Shown piece after piece: positions 28,483 through 64,000 of a DNA stretch of 64,000 bases. A program made the position numbers and the translations under genes. The stretch spans positions 9,824,468 through 9,888,467 of the forward strand of contig CAVNZM010000004.1 of NCBI GenBank assembly GCA_963693365.1. Reading direction: 5' to 3'. Positions within the stretch are counted from its first letter, which is position 1; each line of letters starts with the position of its first letter. Source of the stretch: Amoebidium appalachense (lineage: Eukaryota > Protista > Ichthyosporea). The notes beneath the pieces are model-generated. The model was not told the DNA's origin. It did not search any database and worked only from the letters and a program-made list of their open reading frames with translations.

Positions 28483-28552
<70 letters not shown>

Positions 28553-29415
28553 CTACATTTCTCGTCGTCTTCAGCCGACTTCCACGTGCCAAACCCATTG
28601 AAGTTTCTGTTCAGGTCCACACCGATGCAGTTTTCTTCAGAGTCGATGGGGGCCCTGTTCTTGCGCCAAAGACGGTCCCCCTTGCGGCTGTGATCGTAGC
28701 CATCGATGTTGATCAGAGACACGATGGCAAACCTGAAATAGAATGTGGCGCATTGTGGTATTGTTTGTTAGAAGCAATGGATTACAAGCATGAAGACGGA
28801 CGCTTTGTGTCAGTGCTACATGTGATTGAACAATTGCGTGCGGAGGGAGAATGGGACGATGGTGGGCTGAGGAATGATCTGCCATCTGTCACAGTAGGGG
28901 GTGGCAAACATGGAAACAGAGACATGAATAGGAAAACAAAAGCACAATATTTGAGAAAGAAAACCAAAATAGCACTCAAACAGAGCTAGTCGTTAGCTGA
29001 TTCCTATGCATCCACAAAAGAACCGGAGGGGAGGTAGGCGAAAATTTAGAAGCAGGAATTGTGCAAGTGAAGAAGCATGTATACATGTGGGTATATCAAA
29101 CGACAATCCAATGACCATGACCCGGGGGCTCTATTATAGTTTAAATCGAAAAGATTTAGGCTGCAAACCACAAAAAAAAACACAAAAAACTTTACACATG
29201 AGCGTTCACACAAACCGTTCTAACACCAACATGCACACACACCTGATGTTATCAAACAGGTCCTTGTCCTCCCCCTTTGCATATGCCCGGATGATCTTCT
29301 CCAGGGAGAATGTCACAGCCGCAGGGGAGATCCATTCTCTTGCATGCAGACCCCCCTGGATGTAGATGGCTGAGGGCGCAGACGGGTTGCCTGTGCGGAG
29401 ATGTTAGCATGCAAC

Positions 29416-29453
<38 letters not shown>

Positions 29454-29661
29454 AAACAAGAAAACCTACATTAGAAAGTTATCCAAAGTAGCTCTGAACA
29501 GCAGAGAAAGAAAGGGGCGAAGGAAACTGACCGGGGGAAAAGAGAAGTTGCAATCTGATGAATGGGGACGAGCAAACTGTATGCGTATCTTGCATGACAC
29601 AGTTGCATGGTTTTGGGAAACACTAGGGACGGGGACGTTAACCAAAAATAAAATTAAAAAT

Positions 29662-29706
<45 letters not shown>

Positions 29707-30510
29707 GGGGGGGGGGGGGGGGGGGATAAAAAATGAAACACAAGGAAAGGGAAGTTATACCTATTTCGTAGACGTATATCGGTCTACCCTGGACCGTCTT
29801 TCCGATTTCCGCATAGAAAAACGTATCGTTCACCCCCTTGCTTATCTCCACCCCATCCAAGACCACTTGCAAATGCCGCTCTATGTGTTCCCCATCATGA
29901 TACTTCAAGTACCATTCTTCTAGTGGGTCAACATTTTCTTGTCCGTTTTTGCCGTAGGAAGATTTGGCGTGCCCGTCTGACGATCTTAGGTGGTTGTCTA
30001 AGTACAAGTCTAGGTCTTTTATGAGTACGTCTGCAGGGAAGCCCGCGCTCTTGAGTAGTTTCAGTTGTTGGCTGGTGACAATAGCCTAAATGGGCAAGTA
30101 TGGGTGTTAGAAGAACGTTGATTTTCACCGCGTAAAAAGCATTTACAGGCAATCAAAGGGCAACGCCGTGAGGCCAAGCACATACCAACTCAAATCATTA
30201 TCGCACAGCGTTCGTGTTGTTTTTATGCACCTGCAAGCAAGCATACATTAACACCAAAACATAAACCAACTCACTGCGATTCGACATACGAGAACACACA
30301 CACCATATATACCATCACACCTGCAAACACAACCACAGACATTTGCACGCACACACTCTCGGGCGTAAACTGACATGCCCTTGCCGCCCGCACACAAGCA
30401 CATGCACACACACGCGCACACATATACACGGGCGCGCGCACACACGTGCACATACACCCACACCCACACCCACCCACCCACCCACCCACCCACCCACCCA
30501 CCCACCCAAA

Positions 30511-30542
<32 letters not shown>

Positions 30543-30574
30543 CACACGCACGCACGCACACGCACACGCGCACA

Positions 30575-30621
<47 letters not shown>

Positions 30622-30722
30622 TTGATGTCAACGCCACGGCCATCCCATTCTGCCTGTATGCTGTAGCCGGGGCAAGAACAGGACATTTATGTGACCGATG
30701 GTTAAAAAAAAAAAAAAAAAAA

Positions 30723-30757
<35 letters not shown>

Positions 30758-31031
30758 GGGGGGGGGAGGCCGTAGGGAAGGGGCGACGTTATCTCACCTT
30801 GACGTGTGCGCCGTGCCCATCCAACACCTCCTCTGCGTGCCTGGCAATGACCTTCGCCTCCTCCCTGCTCAGTGAGCCAAAATCGACCAGCGCTTTTCCT
30901 GCGTGTGGCCGTGCTGCTGGATGTGTTTGTGCGCGCACATGTGCTTGTGCGCTCGCAGAGGTGCCCTCGTGTGCATGTGAGAGCACAAGCAAGGTGGCAC
31001 CCAGCACTTGTGTAAAGCCCAACAGATTCAT
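25896..31031 (-). CDS. Secreted M14A zinc carboxypeptidase (carboxypeptidase A/B family) with signal peptide and activation propeptide
   Basis: Exons 31031-30798, 30085-29761, 29390-29243, 28732-~28550, 28445-28331, 27698-27533, 26148-25896. Motifs GLHAREWISPA, NIDGY, WRKNR, GVDLNRNF, YSG..PYSEPE, DVHSYSQ..YPYG, TLELRP, GFVLPPEQI; hydrophobic N-terminus MNLLGFTQVLGATLLVLSHA. Confidence 0.93.
26473..26627. repeat. Intronic duplicated element, copy 1
   Basis: Near-identical to 28091-28275 (gtatgtgt.agagggttggaaat..acaacaaagagcaacaac..aagcgtgcaggcagaagacactt.aacaga.cccatcatcagggggg). Confidence 0.85.
26698..26908 (-). repeat. Dispersed repeat, copy B (inverted relative to 9632-9800)
   Basis: Same shared blocks as copy A; lies in a carboxypeptidase intron between two TTAA sites (26645, 27198). 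Confidence 0.85.
28091..28275. repeat. Intronic duplicated element, copy 2, with internal ~50-bp tandem duplication
   Basis: As copy 1; the block agagggtt.gaaata..gagacaacaaagagcaacaacaaaacgg occurs twice. Confidence 0.85.
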
Positions 31032-31709
31032 ATTTACGTGTGCGTGCGTGCGTGTATGCGTGTGCGCGCGTGCATGTGTTGCCTGACACACCTTTGTGTG
31101 TGTGTATGCGCGTCTATGTGAAGGGTATGTATGTGGAGGGCCCTTATGACTCCCTTCCCCAACTTTCTTGGTGGGCCCTCCTTGTGTGTCTTCACGCCAC
31201 TATCTCTCCAAGTTCATTGTGGTTGTATAGCGTTTGTGAGTTGGAGTTTTAGCTTTGCCAAGAGGGGCCAAAAAGCTGTGTTTGTGTGACTGCAAACCAC
31301 GGCCCTCGGTGCTGCAAACAAACCCGTCACAGTTTTATCGCCACGGAATGCGAACCGTCTACTTTTACCGGATTGCAAAAATTGTACATCTAATAATTAT
31401 CTTATAATTGGATATTCTGTGTACGTTTGTTACATTTTGTTTACATTTGGTTGAGATATAACAGCGCAAATTAAGGACTCACGGGATCTATTCGTTATCC
31501 GATCTGGGGAGATGGGATGACTTTTAGCCGTGACTTTAGCCCTTGGGCGGGGGCCAACAGATAAAGGCTCAGTTGGCTTTCTTTTCACACGTCACCACCG
31601 GTGCTTTCCTTTGAGCTCTAATATATAGGCAGAGTGCCATATCTGTTTGGCTATATAGTGACATAATATGCACACAATAAATAGCCCATAGTGCGGGTAT
31701 GAGGCCAAC
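31032..31709. promoter_or_regulatory. Candidate bidirectional promoter between the carboxypeptidase and MCTP genes
   Basis: Head-to-head start codons about 680 bp apart; the core is non-repetitive, unlike the flanking introns. Confidence 0.45.
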
Positions 31710-61060
<29,351 letters not shown>

Positions 61061-61136
61061 GTGTATCCCCATATGTGATGGGATATGAAATTTGCAGATT
61101 CAATGTTATGCTCTTGTTCTTCGTTTCAGATCCCCC

Positions 61137-61183
<47 letters not shown>

Positions 61184-62355
61184 ACTCACACACTCACACA
61201 CTAACAAACTGAAGAAGGCTGTGTGTGTGCTCTCTTATTCCTGGTCTTGTCTTGCATTCTATTATCAAAGATCTCCCCCCTCCCCCCCCCTTTTTTTCGT
61301 GGACTTTATATGGTTAGATTCTGAGTTTTCATTTTTGTGACATTTTATGTTTTGTCCTGTTTCTCCTCCATATATCCAACCCTCAAATGCATACATCCCC
61401 CATCCCCCCTCCCCCCCTCCTCCCCCCCCCCCTCCTCCCCCCCCCCCCCCCCCCCCCCCCCCCCCACCACCACCACCACCACCACCCCCAGCGCCTTTTC
61501 CGCTCTGTCCTTCCTCTCAATGTGCGGTCGTTAAAAACATGGATGGTATAATGAGTTTGAATGTAGTAGTAATTATGATGCGGACATTTCAATAGTGTCT
61601 AGTCTTTCCTCTAGAGCGTGGGCATATAAAGTGTGAAAGTTTCACTGGGATGGTGAGGTGCTTTCAGAGATGTAAATTTAGAAATTAATGAGTGGATGAA
61701 TGCGATTTTTCTTTTTGGAATACAGCTTTGTTTTTAACAGTGATATTGTTTCCACCAAGATTTTTTTTTAATTTTTGGGAAGGATGCTCGTTTGAATGTA
61801 CAGACCATACAGTGATGGTGCACATATCTTTGCTTTTATTTTTTGCAGCTGCAGCCTGTATCCCATTGTTTAATGGCCGTTAAATTATTTTAGTGCCTGC
61901 GCATAAATGCCACAGCTGGCTGAGTTAAAGACACATGTGTTGACGAGAATGTAAAGTAAGTTCTTTAACAGAAGTTAGGAAGCAATCGGCGACTGGCATT
62001 AGGCAACAATCTATGCATGTGCTTGCCAGCATGTCGTGCGAATACTTCGTAAATTTGGACTGTAAATTTGCAGGTTCAAACATTATGAGAACTTTTGTTA
62101 CTCCAGTTGAAAGGAGCCATGAGTAAAAATGTTGCAGTAAATAGGGGGTGGAAACAAGAGCGCTAGCCCTTGTCATATGCATGATGCGCCGGTGTCCGCC
62201 TTTTCAGGTTGTGACTGTGCATGCATCATGCATTTATATCACTTGAACATCACTCAGACGTCTGATATTCAAAACCTCATGGATACACATAGACCCATGA
62301 CTCCATGTCATGCGCGTGCCCACGCACACACACATGTCACACACACACACAAACA

Positions 62356-62390
<35 letters not shown>

Positions 62391-62394
62391 CCAT

Positions 62395-62713
62395 ACACAT
62401 GCACGTGCAGCACACACACGCTCACAAACGCACGTGCGCACAAAAACTAATTTAGGTAAACCTGTAAGTGTCTGCTCAGCAGCCTATAGGTGACGCTGTG
62501 TAGATTTATTTCGTGGGGTGTTCCGCAGAGTTGATTCGGCTAGGAAGAGCAGCCCACACATGCACGTGCAGCACACACACGCTCACAAACGCGCGTGCGC
62601 ACAAAAACTAATTTAGGTAAACCTGTAAATGTCTGCTCAGCAGCCTATAGGTGACGCTGTGTAGATTTATTTCGTGGGGTGTTCCGCAGAGTTGATTCGG
62701 CTAGGAAGAGCAG

Positions 62714-62716
<3 letters not shown>
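62395..62716. repeat. Tandem duplication, period 161 bp, two copies
   Basis: gcacgtgcagcacacacacgctcacaaacgc...gttgattcggctaggaagagcagccc at 62401 and 62562, differing at only a few positions. Confidence 0.92.
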
Positions 62717-62764
<48 letters not shown>

Positions 62765-63201
62765 CTCCCTCCCTCCCTCCCTCCCTCCCCGCCCTCCGGA
62801 GGGATTCTCCTGCAGCTGTTACGTGTAACTTGTCTCTCTCCCTCCCCCCCCCCTTCTTTTCCCTTCTTTTTTTTCCCCTCTCGTCCCCTTCATGTCTGAT
62901 TGCCATTTGCCATGGCTGTCAGAAAAATAAAATAAAATAAAAATAAAATCATTATAGGAAATTTATCGCGGGATGTTTTTAGCCAATCACAGCAACCTGC
63001 CAATTATGGCAGGTATTTTTGTGTCCCGCGGCCAAGCTACAAATTTGAGCGAGAACTTCTCCGTACTGTTTTATGTGTAGAAAGGTGAGAAAACGTAGTG
63101 CTACACACTTGTATGTGCTAGCTAGGCCTATTTTTTTTTTTTAACATTAACAACTGCATATTTTCTGGTGGCTCGGCGCCGCCGAAAGGACTCACGAGAA
63201 A

Positions 63202-63241
63202 ATGGCTGAGAACATCTTTCTGTTCGTTCCCAACCTAATCG
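63202..63241 (+). CDS. CDIPT: First exon of CDP-diacylglycerol--inositol 3-phosphatidyltransferase (phosphatidylinositol synthase); gene continues beyond the window
   Basis: ATG GCT GAG AAC ATC TTT CTG TTC GTT CCC AAC CTA ATC G|GTGAGT encodes MAENIFLFVPNLI(G), the conserved PIS N-terminus (ENIFLFVPNLIGY). Confidence 0.85.
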
Positions 63242-63956
63242 GTGAGTAGATGTGGCTCCCCTGTGTATGTGCATGCGCTCGTGTCCTTGTGTGGGGCGTT
63301 TGTGTGGAGGGCTGTGTTTGTGTGTTATTTTGGCTGTTGGTGTCTGGAAGGGTGCGTGCTTGACTTTGTTTTCTATTTGCTAGGGCGGTGTGTGCTTGGT
63401 TTCATTCCCCTCTTAGAGCCATATACTGGACCTCATGCTCACACCCAGATGCATGTGCGCACACATTCCAAAACGGGCCAAGACAAACACGTGCTATCAC
63501 CTATCACTGCTAGATTAAGTAGACAGGATCCACGCACTTGATCAAAAGGATAACTTGAAAGGCCATGGCCGTTGCATTTGCGGACCAAACTGTTGGGTCT
63601 CTTCTTAGCCCGGTCTTCATTCTGCTCTCCCCTCCCTCCCCCCCTCCTCCCTCCCGTCTCTCCCCTCCCCCGCCCCCAACGCCCCCAACGCTACCACCAG
63701 CCACTTTTCCCCACCTTTCATGCTCCCCCTCCCCCCACCCCCCCCCACCCCCCCCCCCCTTCCCCTCCCCCCACTCTGTATGAACTGGTTTTCCCCTCCC
63801 TTGTCTCTCTTTTCATATGCTTTTCCCTTGTGTTGGCCTCCCCCCAACCCACCCACCCACTCACCCCTTCTCCCCCTCCACCCACCCGCCCCTCCTCCAT
63901 CAAATACGACCACTTTCTCCGTCGTCTTATGCAACCTTCCCCCCCCCCCCCTCCCC

Positions 63957-64000
<44 letters not shown>

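Overview
Eukaryotic, intron-rich genomic DNA whose introns are saturated with microsatellites ((CA)n, (CT)n, poly-C/G, poly-A/T). Almost all ORFs in the supplied track are repeat artefacts. By joining GT/GC-AG exons in frame by hand I reconstruct five host genes and one retroelement. (1) A 5'-truncated coiled-coil protein whose C-terminus matches the ICE1 (little elongation complex) C-terminal domain, + strand to 16272. (2) A polyadenylated non-LTR retrotransposon (RT plus Cys/His C-terminus), - strand. (3) A small spliced HNH/zinc-finger-like gene with a Lys-rich tail. (4) A secreted M14A metallocarboxypeptidase, - strand. (5) A ~29 kb MCTP gene with four C2 domains, TM segments and PRT_C, resembling plant FTIP1/QUIRKY. 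(6) Exon 1 of phosphatidylinositol synthase (CDIPT/PIS1). The gene content suggests an opisthokont, possibly a unicellular holozoan, but that is inference. The most notable signals are a strand-specific splice-site grammar (poly-C just after donors, (CA)n running into acceptors), the ICE1-like gene, a frame-restoring candidate intron inside the retrotransposon ORF, and the plant-like MCTP. Family assignments rest on recalled motifs; no database searches were run.
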